A stretch of 36,081 nucleotides of DNA from Streptosporangiaceae bacterium (lineage in GTDB: Bacteria; Actinomycetota; Actinomycetes; Streptosporangiales; Streptosporangiaceae), in assembly GCA_039928335.1 (NCBI GenBank), contig JBDSTJ010000633.1, positions 1 through 36,081 on the forward strand, read 5' to 3'. The position numbers and the translations under genes are program-made. Below are positions 8,843 through 17,155 of this stretch, piece by piece. The number at the start of each line of letters is the position of its first letter. Positions within the stretch are counted from its first letter, which is position 1. The notes beneath the pieces are model-generated. The model had not been told where the DNA came from and did no database searches. It was given only the letters and a program-made list of their open reading frames with translations.

Positions 8843-10401
8843 CTTGCGTCCCCCAAGTTCACGATCTGGGTCATGCCCTCGTCCTGGATCGCCACCGGGG
8901 CGGGCCTTCTGGCCTGGTCGCTGAGCCGGCACAAGATGGCGATCAGGATCCAGTTGGCCAGCAGCGAGGATCCGCCCTGCGTCAGAAACGGCGTGGTGAG
9001 TCCCGTGAACGGGATCAGTTTGGTGACACCGCCGACGATCGCGAAGATCTGCAGGGCGAAGACGAAGGAGATTCCGCCGGCGAACAGCTTGGCGAACTCG
9101 TCCCGTGTCTGGACCGCGACCTTCATGCCGCGCTCGATCAGCAGAGCGTAGACGACCAGCAGAGCCATCAGGCCGGTCAACCCGATCTCCTCACCCAGTG
9201 AGGTGAAGATCTCGTCGCTGAAGGACAGGTCGTTGAGGAACGGCTGGCCCTGGCCGAGGCCGGTGCCGAGCACCCCGCCCTGGCCCATCGCGAACAGGCC
9301 CTTCATGAGCTGGTCGCTGGTGGAGTAGTTGCCGTCCATGCCGACGCACGCGGACTGGCTGATCGCGACGTCCGCGCCGGTGGCGCTCTTGATCGTCTGG
9401 ATGATGGAGCCGTCGGGCAGCTTGCAGCCGCCGCCGAAGTAGGGCTCGGGATTGAGCCAGATCTCGACCCGCTGGCTGACGTGCTCGAGCGGCCCGCCGA
9501 TGATCTGGGCACCGACGAACAGCAGCAGGGCCCCGCCGATGAACAGCAGCAGGCCGATGGCGACCCAGGTGGCCTTGCCGGTGGCGATGTAAAGCATCGC
9601 GACGAACAGGCCGAAGAACAGCAGCGCGGTGCCGAAGTCGTTCTCGACGGCCATCACGACGAGGCAGATGAACCAGAACGTGAGGATCGGGAACAGGTCA
9701 CGCGAGCGGGGCAGCTCCAGGAAGAGGACCTTGCGGCTGACCAGGGACAGCGCCGCTCGCTTTTTCACCAGATAGCCGGCGAAGAAGGCAATGAACGCGA
9801 ACTTGCAGAACTCGGCGGGCTGCAGGCTGAATCCGGCGAGGTTGATCCAGATTCGGGAGCCGTTGATGTTCTGCCCCACGACCGGGAGCATCGGCATGAC
9901 CAGCAGCAGCATGCCGACCGCGCCCAGCGTGTAGTGGTAGCGCTGGAGGATCTTGACATCCTTGAGCAGGATGATCGCGGCGATGAACAGGCCGATCGAC
10001 AGGATCGTCCAGACCAGTTGGCCGGTCACGTCGGCGCCGCTGCCGAACGGGACGAACTTCTCGCCCCGCAGCTTGGCGCGTTCGATCGCGTCGATGACCG
10101 ACTGCTGCTTCGACTGGTCGATCCGGTAGATCATCGCCAGGCCGATGCCGTTGAGGAACACCCCGAGCGGCAGCAGCACCGGGTCGGCGTAGGGCGTGAA
10201 GCGCTGCATCACGTAGAAAGCGCCCGCGGACAGGGCCGCGATGGCCAGGCCGTAGGTGAACACCCCCGAGGGGAGCTTGCCGTCACGGGCCAGGCCGACC
10301 TGGGCGAAGGCCGCGACCATCACGATGATCGCGAAGATGAGCAGCCCGAGGGACGCCGTCCGCCGCGTCCGGTGCGGCGACGGTGTGACTGCTGCGCTCA
10401 T
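8839..10401 (-). CDS. rodA: SEDS family peptidoglycan glycosyltransferase RodA
   Basis: PYADPVLLP, GSRIWI, SLQPAEFCK, NDFGTALL, IGEE-like LGEEIGL, LIPFTGLTTPFLTQGGSSL. Confidence 0.94.
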   Translation of the reverse strand: MSAAVTPSPHRTRRTASLGLLIFAIIVMVAAFAQVGLARDGKLPSGVFTYGLAIAALSAGAFYVMQRFTPYADPVLLPLGVFLNGIGLAMIYRIDQSKQQSVIDAIERAKLRGEKFVPFGSGADVTGQLVWTILSIGLFIAAIILLKDVKILQRYHYTLGAVGMLLLVMPMLPVVGQNINGSRIWINLAGFSLQPAEFCKFAFIAFFAGYLVKKRAALSLVSRKVLFLELPRSRDLFPILTFWFICLVVMAVENDFGTALLFFGLFVAMLYIATGKATWVAIGLLLFIGGALLLFVGAQIIGGPLEHVSQRVEIWLNPEPYFGGGCKLPDGSIIQTIKSATGADVAISQSACVGMDGNYSTSDQLMKGLFAMGQGGVLGTGLGQGQPFLNDLSFSDEIFTSLGEEIGLTGLMALLVVYALLIERGMKVAVQTRDEFAKLFAGGISFVFALQIFAIVGGVTKLIPFTGLTTPFLTQGGSSLLANWILIAILCRLSDQARRPAPVAIQDEGMTQIVNLGDAR

Positions 10402-10417
10402 GACCGGTCAGGTCCCT

Positions 10418-12037
10418 TCACTGCGTCGGGCAATTCTTGTCCTTCTGGCACGTGTCGCTGTTCTTGGCCAGAGTCCGGAAGGCCTCGACGGCTTCGTTGA
10501 GAGTCTTGGTCTTGATGCCGTCGGGACCGTTGAGCTGGTCCGCCGCGCTCTTGGGGAGCCTGGCGAACTCGACCTTCGGGGGAAGGTCGGCAGGGAGCTG
10601 AGCGGCGGGGACCGGCGCGCTCTGACAGCCCTTGACGGCCGACGCCTGCTTGATCACCACGAGGTCGCCCTCGTGCGCGAGCTCGAAGGTGTACTTGCAG
10701 CTGCCGTTCTCGAACCTCGTCCTGATCTCGGCGAGGCTGCCGTCCTGCTGCTTGTGGCTCTTGACCTCGTTGGCCAGGCCGGTGGGGAGGTCCGACAGCC
10801 GCACGTTCGGCTGTTCCTTGGCCCCGGCCTTCGAGGTGAACTTCACCCCGAGGAAGCCGTCGGCCTTGCCCTGGTAGAGCACGACCCTGTCACCGTCGGC
10901 CTGCAGGAAGTAGCCGCTCTTGGCCGAGTGCCAGCCGTAGAAGCCCGCGCCCGCCACGAGCACGGCGACGACCGCCACCGCGCCCAGGAGCAGCGGAGCC
11001 TTGCTGCGGCCGCGCGGCGGCGGCGGGGGCAGCAACTGCGGTCCGGTGCCGCCGGGTCCCTGCGGCGGCGGGGCCATCGGGGGCGCCTGCTGCTGTTGCT
11101 GCATCGGGGGGTAGGGGGCAGGGCTCGGCGGCGGGGCGTACTCGCCGTTCAGCTGCAGTGAGGGCTGCGGGAGGGTGTCGCGGATGTGGTCGGCGGCCCG
11201 CTGGGCGGGAGTGTCGACGGCGGGGGCCTGCGGGGTCTCCTGAGCCTTGCTCGCCGCGGCTCCGGCCAGCAGCGGCTTGGTGGCCACCGACACCGCCGTC
11301 GGCCGGTCGAGGTCGACGACGTCGGCCACCACGCAGGTGATGTTGTCGGGTCCGCCGCCCCGGTTGGCCAGGTCGATCAGCTGCCTGATCGCCTGCTCGG
11401 GGTCCTCGTGGCTGCTGAGCACCTGGTGGATCGTCTCGGCGCTCACCACCCCGGACAGGCCGTCGGAGCAGAGCAGATAACGGTCGCCGATCTGGGCCTC
11501 GCGCAGCGACAGGTCGGGTTCGACCTCGTTGCGCCCGTCCAGGGCCCGCAGCAGCAGCGAGCGCTGCGGGTGGGTGGCGGCGTCGTCCAGGCTGATCCGT
11601 CCCTCGTCCACCAGCGACTGCACCAGGGTGTGGTCGTGGGTGATCTGGAACAGCTCGCCGTTGCGCAGCAGATAGGCCCGCGAGTCGCCGATATGGACGA
11701 GGGCGACCTGACTGCCCGACCACAGCATCGCGGTGAGGGTGGTGCCCATGCCCTGCAGGGACGGGTCGCCCTCGACGATGTGGTGGAGCTTGTCGTTGGC
11801 CGCCTTGACCGAGTGCTCGAGCGCGACCAGGAGCTGGTCGGCGGGCACGTCGGTGTCCAGCTTGCGGAGGGTCTCGATGGCGGCGGCGCTGGCTATCTCG
11901 CCGCCGACATGGCCGCCCATGCCGTCGGCGACGGCCAGCAGCCGCGCGCCGGCGAAGGCGGAGTCCTCGTTGCCCTCGCGGAGCATGCCGACATCGGAAC
12001 GGGCGGCATAACGAATGCCGATACGTGGAGTACTCAT
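10418..12037 (-). CDS. pstP: PP2C-family Ser/Thr phosphatase PstP
   Basis: SDVGMLREGNEDS, VADGMGGH, GMGTT, HIGDSRAY, LLCSDGL, GGPDNIT; TM and extracellular tail; ATGA-coupled to fhaB. Confidence 0.96.
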   Translation of the reverse strand: MSTPRIGIRYAARSDVGMLREGNEDSAFAGARLLAVADGMGGHVGGEIASAAAIETLRKLDTDVPADQLLVALEHSVKAANDKLHHIVEGDPSLQGMGTTLTAMLWSGSQVALVHIGDSRAYLLRNGELFQITHDHTLVQSLVDEGRISLDDAATHPQRSLLLRALDGRNEVEPDLSLREAQIGDRYLLCSDGLSGVVSAETIHQVLSSHEDPEQAIRQLIDLANRGGGPDNITCVVADVVDLDRPTAVSVATKPLLAGAAASKAQETPQAPAVDTPAQRAADHIRDTLPQPSLQLNGEYAPPPSPAPYPPMQQQQQAPPMAPPPQGPGGTGPQLLPPPPPRGRSKAPLLLGAVAVVAVLVAGAGFYGWHSAKSGYFLQADGDRVVLYQGKADGFLGVKFTSKAGAKEQPNVRLSDLPTGLANEVKSHKQQDGSLAEIRTRFENGSCKYTFELAHEGDLVVIKQASAVKGCQSAPVPAAQLPADLPPKVEFARLPKSAADQLNGPDGIKTKTLNEAVEAFRTLAKNSDTCQKDKNCPTQ

Positions 12038-12561
12038 CGCAACTCGATTACGGTCTTGCCGATTCGCACGGGGACGCCGATGGGAAGTTGAGTTGGCCGG
12101 GTCACCTTGGACCGGCCCAGATAGGTGCCGTTGGTCGAGTTCAGGTCTTCCAAGATCCACACACCGTCCTGGGCGAAGATCCGCGCATGGCGGCTGGATG
12201 CGTAGTCGTCCGTCACGACGAGGGAGGCGTCAGTGGCCCGCCCGATGGTGATCGGGCCCGAAGAGGCCAGATCGATCGTCGTTCCCTGGAGCGGGCCTTC
12301 GGTGACCACCATCGTGGTGGGTTCGCCTCGGCCCGGCCTGGGGGATGCCGGCGACTGAGCGGGTTGACGTGCCTGGGCGGGTTGGCGGGCCTGCGCCGGC
12401 TGCCTGCCCTGGGCAGGCTGACGGGCGGGCTTGTTCGCCGCACGAGCAGCGGCCTTCGACCCGAACAGGTCCGCGCGGATGACGCCCACGGCTGCGATGA
12501 CGAACAGCCAGAGGACCGCGAGAAACGCGATCTTGATCAGCGTCAGTGTGATCGGGTTCAT
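12034..12561 (-). CDS. fhaB: FHA domain protein FhaB/FipA
   Basis: N-terminal TM (FLAVLWLFV), IGRA, DDYASSRHARI, EDLNSTNGTYL. Confidence 0.93.
   Translation of the reverse strand: MNPITLTLIKIAFLAVLWLFVIAAVGVIRADLFGSKAAARAANKPARQPAQGRQPAQARQPAQARQPAQSPASPRPGRGEPTTMVVTEGPLQGTTIDLASSGPITIGRATDASLVVTDDYASSRHARIFAQDGVWILEDLNSTNGTYLGRSKVTRPTQLPIGVPVRIGKTVIELR
12355..12426 (-). repeat. 4 x 18-bp coding repeat, (A/G)RQPAQ, in FhaB linker
   Basis: ARQPAQ GRQPAQ ARQPAQ ARQPAQ with synonymous variation. Confidence 0.8.
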
Positions 12562-12570
12562 GGAGGGGTG

Positions 12571-13311
12571 CTACTCCCGGTCGCGGCGGAAGACAAGGTT
12601 GGTCCGGCCGATCGTGATCCGGGTCCCGTCGACGAGGGTCACTCGCCGGATCGGTTGACCGTTCACAAAACTGCCGTTGGTAGACCCTAGATCCACCAGG
12701 ACGATTTCTGGACCCTCTACGCGGATCTCTGCGTGGTGGCGTGACACTCCGGGATCGACCAACCGCAGATCGCAGTCGGTTCCCCGGCCCAGCAGCGTCA
12801 CCGGAGTGGCGATGTCGTAGGACTGGCGCGCCCCCTCACCCGTTGTCACGTCCAGGCGGGGGCGGCCCCCGAACACTCCCGGACGTCCCTGCGGCACGTC
12901 GCTGGCCGGCTGGCGGATCTCGCCGCCCTCGACCGTCGACCCCCGGATGACACCGGACCGGATCCGGAACATGCCGGTGCCGAGGTCCCCGGCCGGCTCG
13001 AACCGCACCCGCACCGGGCCCACGAAGGAATAACCCTGCTCCTTCGCGTACTCCCGAGCGAGGTTCGCCAGCTCCTGGCTCAGGCTGTCGGCGTACACCT
13101 CAAGCCGTTGCCCGTCCGGATGCGAGATCTCGACGACGAAGTCATTGGGCACCAACGTGCGCCCCTGGGCCACGATCGCGGCCCGTTCGTCCATCTCCCG
13201 CTGTACCGCGCTGGCTACCTCTACCGGCTGCAGCTCCGACTTGAAGGCCCTGGCGAAGGCACCCTCGACCATGCCCTCGAGCCTGCGCTCGAACCGCTGT
13301 AGGACACCCAC
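12571..13311 (-). CDS. fhaA: DUF3662/FHA domain protein FhaA
   Basis: MGVLQRFERRLEGMVEGAFARAF, LGRG, VSRHHAEI, DLGSTNG; GAGGAGG RBS upstream of GTG. Confidence 0.94.
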   Translation of the reverse strand: MGVLQRFERRLEGMVEGAFARAFKSELQPVEVASAVQREMDERAAIVAQGRTLVPNDFVVEISHPDGQRLEVYADSLSQELANLAREYAKEQGYSFVGPVRVRFEPAGDLGTGMFRIRSGVIRGSTVEGGEIRQPASDVPQGRPGVFGGRPRLDVTTGEGARQSYDIATPVTLLGRGTDCDLRLVDPGVSRHHAEIRVEGPEIVLVDLGSTNGSFVNGQPIRRVTLVDGTRITIGRTNLVFRRDRE

Positions 13312-13439
13312 TGGGCACCTCCTCTCCCCACTCGTAGACGATCGTATCTGCGTGCTGGTTCGGGCCTTGCACGCGTTTCCAAACCACCCTCGGCTGCGTG
13401 CTAATCTTTTCAAGCGCCAGCAAGAACGGCTGCAGGCAA

Positions 13440-13522
13440 GGGCGAGTGGCGGAACGGCAGACGCGCACGGTTCAGGTCCGTGTGCCCGAAAGGGTGTGAG
13501 GGTTCAAATCCCTCCTCGCCCA
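13440..13522 (+). tRNA. tRNA-Leu(CAG)
   Basis: Acceptor GGGCGAG/CTCGCCC-A; anticodon arm CACGG-TTCAGGT-CCGTG; variable arm GCCCGAAAGGGT; T-loop GGTTCAAATCC; CCA not encoded. Confidence 0.97.
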
Positions 13523-13565
13523 CGTAGGGGTACCGACGAAAGTCCGTGCCCCAGAGTGGCGGAAC

Positions 13566-13597
13566 AAGCTCCAGCGCGGCAAGCGTTGGGGCTTTTT
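13566..13597 (+). terminator. Intrinsic terminator after tRNA
   Basis: AAGCTCCAGCGC-GGCAA-GCGTTGGGGCTT (with G-U pairs) running into a T tract. Confidence 0.8.
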
Positions 13598-13667
13598 CTG
13601 TTTGTTACGGCCTGGTCACGGCGGGTGGGTGTGTGTTGGGCTGGGTTTTCTGGTTCTGGGAATGCTG

Positions 13668-13708
13668 ACGCCCGGGGCCTGTGTTGGGTGGTTTCAGGCT
13701 CCGGGCGT
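13668..13708 (-). terminator. Hairpin after transposase stop
   Basis: ACGCCCGGGGCCTG (13668-13681) / CAGGCTCCGGGCGT (13695-13708), one mismatch. Confidence 0.65.
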
Positions 13709-13731
13709 GTTGTGTTGGTGTGATTTTCGCG

Positions 13732-15549
13732 TTAGCCGGCAGGTTGTTCGAGGTGGCCTTTGGGTGTCCAGGTGCCCAGGGGTTGGGTGGTTCTGCGGCG
13801 GGCGCGGCGCCTGGGGATGCCGTTGGCGCCGGGGAAGGTGTCGGTCCAGGCGTCGATTTTCCGTTGGTTGGCGCGGGCGAGTTGGAAGGCCAGCAGGATG
13901 CTCTGGGCGGCGATGCCGCGGATTCGTCGGTTCTGGGCGCGTTCGATGGCTTCGTGGGCGTCGTTCTTGGTGTAGCCGTTCATGCCTTCGACGGCGTTGC
14001 GGAGTTTCCCGTAGGTCTGTTGCCACTGGGGGCCGCCGTAGGGGTAGTACTGCCACTGTTTCGCCCCGAACTCGGGTGCGAGGGTGATGCTGGTCTGTTC
14101 ACAGATTTTTGGTGGTCTGACCGGGCTGGGCACGGGCTGGATCAGGGGTAGAGCTGGGTTGGTGCCCATGCTGGCGGGTTTGAGGGGGCATTGGACCTTC
14201 CCTGCGGCGGCTGGGCACATTCGTCGCTGGTGTCCTTCTTCGTCTGGGTGGCCTTTCGCGGGCAGGAGGTAGGGTGTGCGGGCGTTGATCCGTCTGGACC
14301 AGGTTTCGGGGTCGATGCGGGCGGGGTCGTTGTCGGGCCGGTGCAGGTCGGTGGTGGCGTCGATGAGGTGTTGGGGCATGGACGGGCAGGCCCAGGAGCC
14401 CTCGATGAGGGGTGCGCCGTAGGCGGATCCCTGGATGCCGAGCTGGTCGCTGCGGTAGTCGTAGGAGGGCCGGTAGCCCAGGGCGAGGAGTGGTAGCTGC
14501 CATTCTTTGGGTTTGGAGTTGTTGTAGGCGGCGTCGCCGGCGAGGTGCCCGGCGGGCCAGCCGCGTCCCCGGATGTCGGTGAGGATTTTGATGCCGATCG
14601 CTCCGGGCCGGTGCCCGGGTTTGCCGAGTTTCATGCCCAGGACCAGGGCGGGGATCTCGGTGGGGTCCCCGAGGCCGTGCAGGGCGGGGTTCGGGATGTG
14701 GTGGGGGTTGCGGGTCACGGCCAGGGTGGCGTCGTAGCCGAACAGGAATTTCGGGTGGTTCCGGGTTCGTTTTCGGTTGGCTCGTCCGGTTCCTGCGGGG
14801 TTGGGGCGGTGCGGGTCGGCGTGGTCGCCCTCGCGTACGTACCAGCCGGCGTCGGTGTCGGTGGAGGTGTGCGTGGCGAGGGGGTCGGTGCGGACACCGC
14901 GCGCGAACGTGGCGATCACGGTGGCGTCGACTCCCAGAGACCCGTCCCAGTGTTCGTGCATGAGGTGGGCGATCGAGGCGACGGAGGCCTGGAGGATGGT
15001 GCCGCAGATCCGGTCCAGGCGATCCTCCCGGACGGCCAGGGCGTCGGTGTCGGCGTTGGCGGCATAAGCGGCTGCTTCCTGGAGGGGGAGCCGGGAGTTC
15101 TTGGGCAGCGGTGAGGGGTCCATCTGGGCGAGGATCGCGTGGAACAGGCGCAGGACGACGCCGTAGGCCGCTTCGAACCCGTCGCGGTCGTCGGGTTTGT
15201 CGGTCAGCCCGAACCTGCGCCTCCATTCCTCGGGGATCCCCCAGAAGAGGATGTCGGTGACCTGGTTGAAGGCCACCGATCCGTTGCGGCGCGAGCACAG
15301 GGTCATGCCGACCAGGAGCCCCTCGACGGTGCAGGTGCGGGGCCGTCCGGTGCGGGCGGTGACCAGGTCCTGGAGCTCCTGGGCGATCCCGGTCGAGGCG
15401 ATGAACTCCGTGGCGCGCCGGACCCGCAGGTCGTGGAAGAAGATCCGGTCCTCCCGGATGCTCCCCCATCCGTGGTCCTTGCGCCCGCCAGAGGCGGGCA
15501 GAGCTCCGCTGAAGCGGTTGACGGAGCTGGAACAGGGCTGGTCGCTCAT
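13732..15549 (-). CDS. Putative DDE transposase (IS4/IS5/IS1182-like signatures), 605 aa
   Basis: TGRPR N-terminal motif; LGVDATVI (D1), FGYDATL, LAGDAAY (D2), Cys cluster (CP..CPA..CP..C), YGKLRNAVEGMNGYTK (Y-R-E-K). ATG overlaps the upstream stop (ATGA). Confidence 0.72.
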   Translation of the reverse strand: MSDQPCSSSVNRFSGALPASGGRKDHGWGSIREDRIFFHDLRVRRATEFIASTGIAQELQDLVTARTGRPRTCTVEGLLVGMTLCSRRNGSVAFNQVTDILFWGIPEEWRRRFGLTDKPDDRDGFEAAYGVVLRLFHAILAQMDPSPLPKNSRLPLQEAAAYAANADTDALAVREDRLDRICGTILQASVASIAHLMHEHWDGSLGVDATVIATFARGVRTDPLATHTSTDTDAGWYVREGDHADPHRPNPAGTGRANRKRTRNHPKFLFGYDATLAVTRNPHHIPNPALHGLGDPTEIPALVLGMKLGKPGHRPGAIGIKILTDIRGRGWPAGHLAGDAAYNNSKPKEWQLPLLALGYRPSYDYRSDQLGIQGSAYGAPLIEGSWACPSMPQHLIDATTDLHRPDNDPARIDPETWSRRINARTPYLLPAKGHPDEEGHQRRMCPAAAGKVQCPLKPASMGTNPALPLIQPVPSPVRPPKICEQTSITLAPEFGAKQWQYYPYGGPQWQQTYGKLRNAVEGMNGYTKNDAHEAIERAQNRRIRGIAAQSILLAFQLARANQRKIDAWTDTFPGANGIPRRRARRRTTQPLGTWTPKGHLEQPAG

Positions 15550-16481
15550 GAACGGCCTCGCAGAAGAACGGCGGCTTCGGCGGGGCCGGTGGGGCGGCAG
15601 TAGGGCAGGATCCGGGACAGGCCGTGTAGGGTCTCCAGCCCGGCGGCGGAGATGATCACGGGTAGGGGCAGGCCCGCGTCGATGAGGCCGACCAGCCACG
15701 TGGTCCGCAGCCGGGTCGTCTTCATCGCCGGGGTGCTCGCGGCGGGGTGAGCGCGTGAGAGGAAGTTCGTGACGAGGTTCCCGCCGCGGTTGGCCGCGTC
15801 CGGTCGGAACAGGTACGGCCGGGCGGTCATCCGGGCGGCGTGATCGGCCAGGACCGTCTCCCAGGCCCGCTGGCACACCACCGTCCGGGCGCGTTTGCCG
15901 CGCACCGCGACGACCAGCGGATCGTCTGGTCCGCGCCGCTCGCGCACGTCGCCGGGCCGCAGCGGGGCGATCTTGCCGGAGTCCAGGCCGCAGCCCAGGC
16001 CGAGGGCCAGCAGAATGCTCAGCCCGTCCCGCAGTTCCCGGCTGGGCTGCCCGGCCGCCCACGCCCACAGTGCGGACTGTTCGGCCGTGGTGTAGGGCAG
16101 GGAGGCCGCGGACCCCGACAGGCGGGCAGGCCTGCCGGTCGCGCAGTCACCTCCCAGGACCGCCTCCCGCAGCCGCAGCAGCTTGGACCGGTAGTTCGCC
16201 CGGGTCGCCTCACCGGCCTGGGCGCAGCCCACCGCGGTGAACCGTTCGATGTACTCCCGCGACAGCCACATCGCAGCCTGCACCGGATACCCCTCGGTGT
16301 CGGCGAACAACGCCAGCTTCGCCAGCACCCCCATCAGCTCCGCGGCCGGATACGACACCAACGGCGCGGCCCGGACGACCGTGGCCCTGACCTCGGCGGC
16401 CACCCGCCGCCACCCGGGCGGGTTGCCGGCCGGAACGTAGGACTCCACACCCGCGGGGAAGCCCGCATGCTGCTCGTTCAC
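15546..16481 (-). CDS. Tyrosine-recombinase-fold protein 1, catalytic residues degenerate
   Basis: TRANYRSKL; PYT; LGLGCGLDSGKIAPLRPGDV (box I Arg replaced by Asp); VRGKRARTV; TRLRTTW; AAGLETLHGLSRILPY. Start uncertain (16481 or 16532). Confidence 0.7.
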   Translation of the reverse strand: MNEQHAGFPAGVESYVPAGNPPGWRRVAAEVRATVVRAAPLVSYPAAELMGVLAKLALFADTEGYPVQAAMWLSREYIERFTAVGCAQAGEATRANYRSKLLRLREAVLGGDCATGRPARLSGSAASLPYTTAEQSALWAWAAGQPSRELRDGLSILLALGLGCGLDSGKIAPLRPGDVRERRGPDDPLVVAVRGKRARTVVCQRAWETVLADHAARMTARPYLFRPDAANRGGNLVTNFLSRAHPAASTPAMKTTRLRTTWLVGLIDAGLPLPVIISAAGLETLHGLSRILPYCRPTGPAEAAVLLRGRS

Positions 16482-16637
16482 ATCGGCCTGCCATCGACGC
16501 GTCCAGAAGAGAACCCTTCCCTTCAAGATCATCAAATGCCCACGTCGCAGGGGTGCTACACCATTCGCATCTCGGGGCGGTGTTTGCCCGGGCACTGGTG
16601 GTTCACAATGTGGGCTGTGGCCGGTGACGACTCTCGA

Positions 16638-16922
16638 ATGATGCGGCCCCGCGAGTTCGTGCTCGACGGGGACTGGCCGAGGGCGCTGATGGCCGACCAC
16701 CACGGCGCCCGGGTCGCCCAGGGCCTGGCCCGCAGGGTGGCCGAGGAGATGGACAGGCAGCAGATCAGCGCCCAGCGCCTGGGCGTGCTGAGCGGGGTGA
16801 ACCGGCAGACGATCGCGAACGTGCTGGCCGGGTCGGTCTGGCCGGATCTGCTGACCATGGCCAACCTCGACCGGGCCCTGGATCTGCGGCTGTGGCCGGA
16901 CCTGTGCGACCGACAGCGCTGA
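16638..16922 (+). CDS. XRE-family HTH regulator
   Basis: ISAQRLGVLSGVNRQTIANVLAGSVWPDLLTMANLDRALDLRLWP. Start 16608 or 16638. Confidence 0.85.
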   Translation: MMRPREFVLDGDWPRALMADHHGARVAQGLARRVAEEMDRQQISAQRLGVLSGVNRQTIANVLAGSVWPDLLTMANLDRALDLRLWPDLCDRQR

Positions 16923-16974
16923 ACGGGCCGTACGGAAAAGACGAAGCGGACGGGGCATGACAATTCTCGCCATC

Positions 16975-16993
16975 TCTCCGGCCTGGCCGGAGA
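16975..16993. terminator. Palindrome between convergent HTH and recombinase-like gene 2
   Basis: TCTCCGGCC-T-GGCCGGAGA. Confidence 0.45.
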
Positions 16994-17155
16994 CTCTGGC
17001 AGACGACCGCGTCCGCGCCCGGTCGATCCCCGCGCGCCGCAGGGCGGCGCACAGTAGGGTCGAAGGCGTTGACCTGGCTATCTGATGACCGTTGGGTGCA
17101 GGTCGGCAATTGCCGTCGCCGGGGTTCCAGCCCGGCGGCGGTCTGCCGTTGGAGA

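Noticed and set aside
13500-13522. attL/attR duplication of the tRNA 3' end
   Set aside because: No second copy seen by eye in the window, so classical integrase-mediated insertion is unsupported here.
15550-16068. 173-aa N-terminal extension of the transposase ORF
   Set aside because: Overlaps the recombinase-like gene in another frame; ATGA coupling supports a start at 15549.
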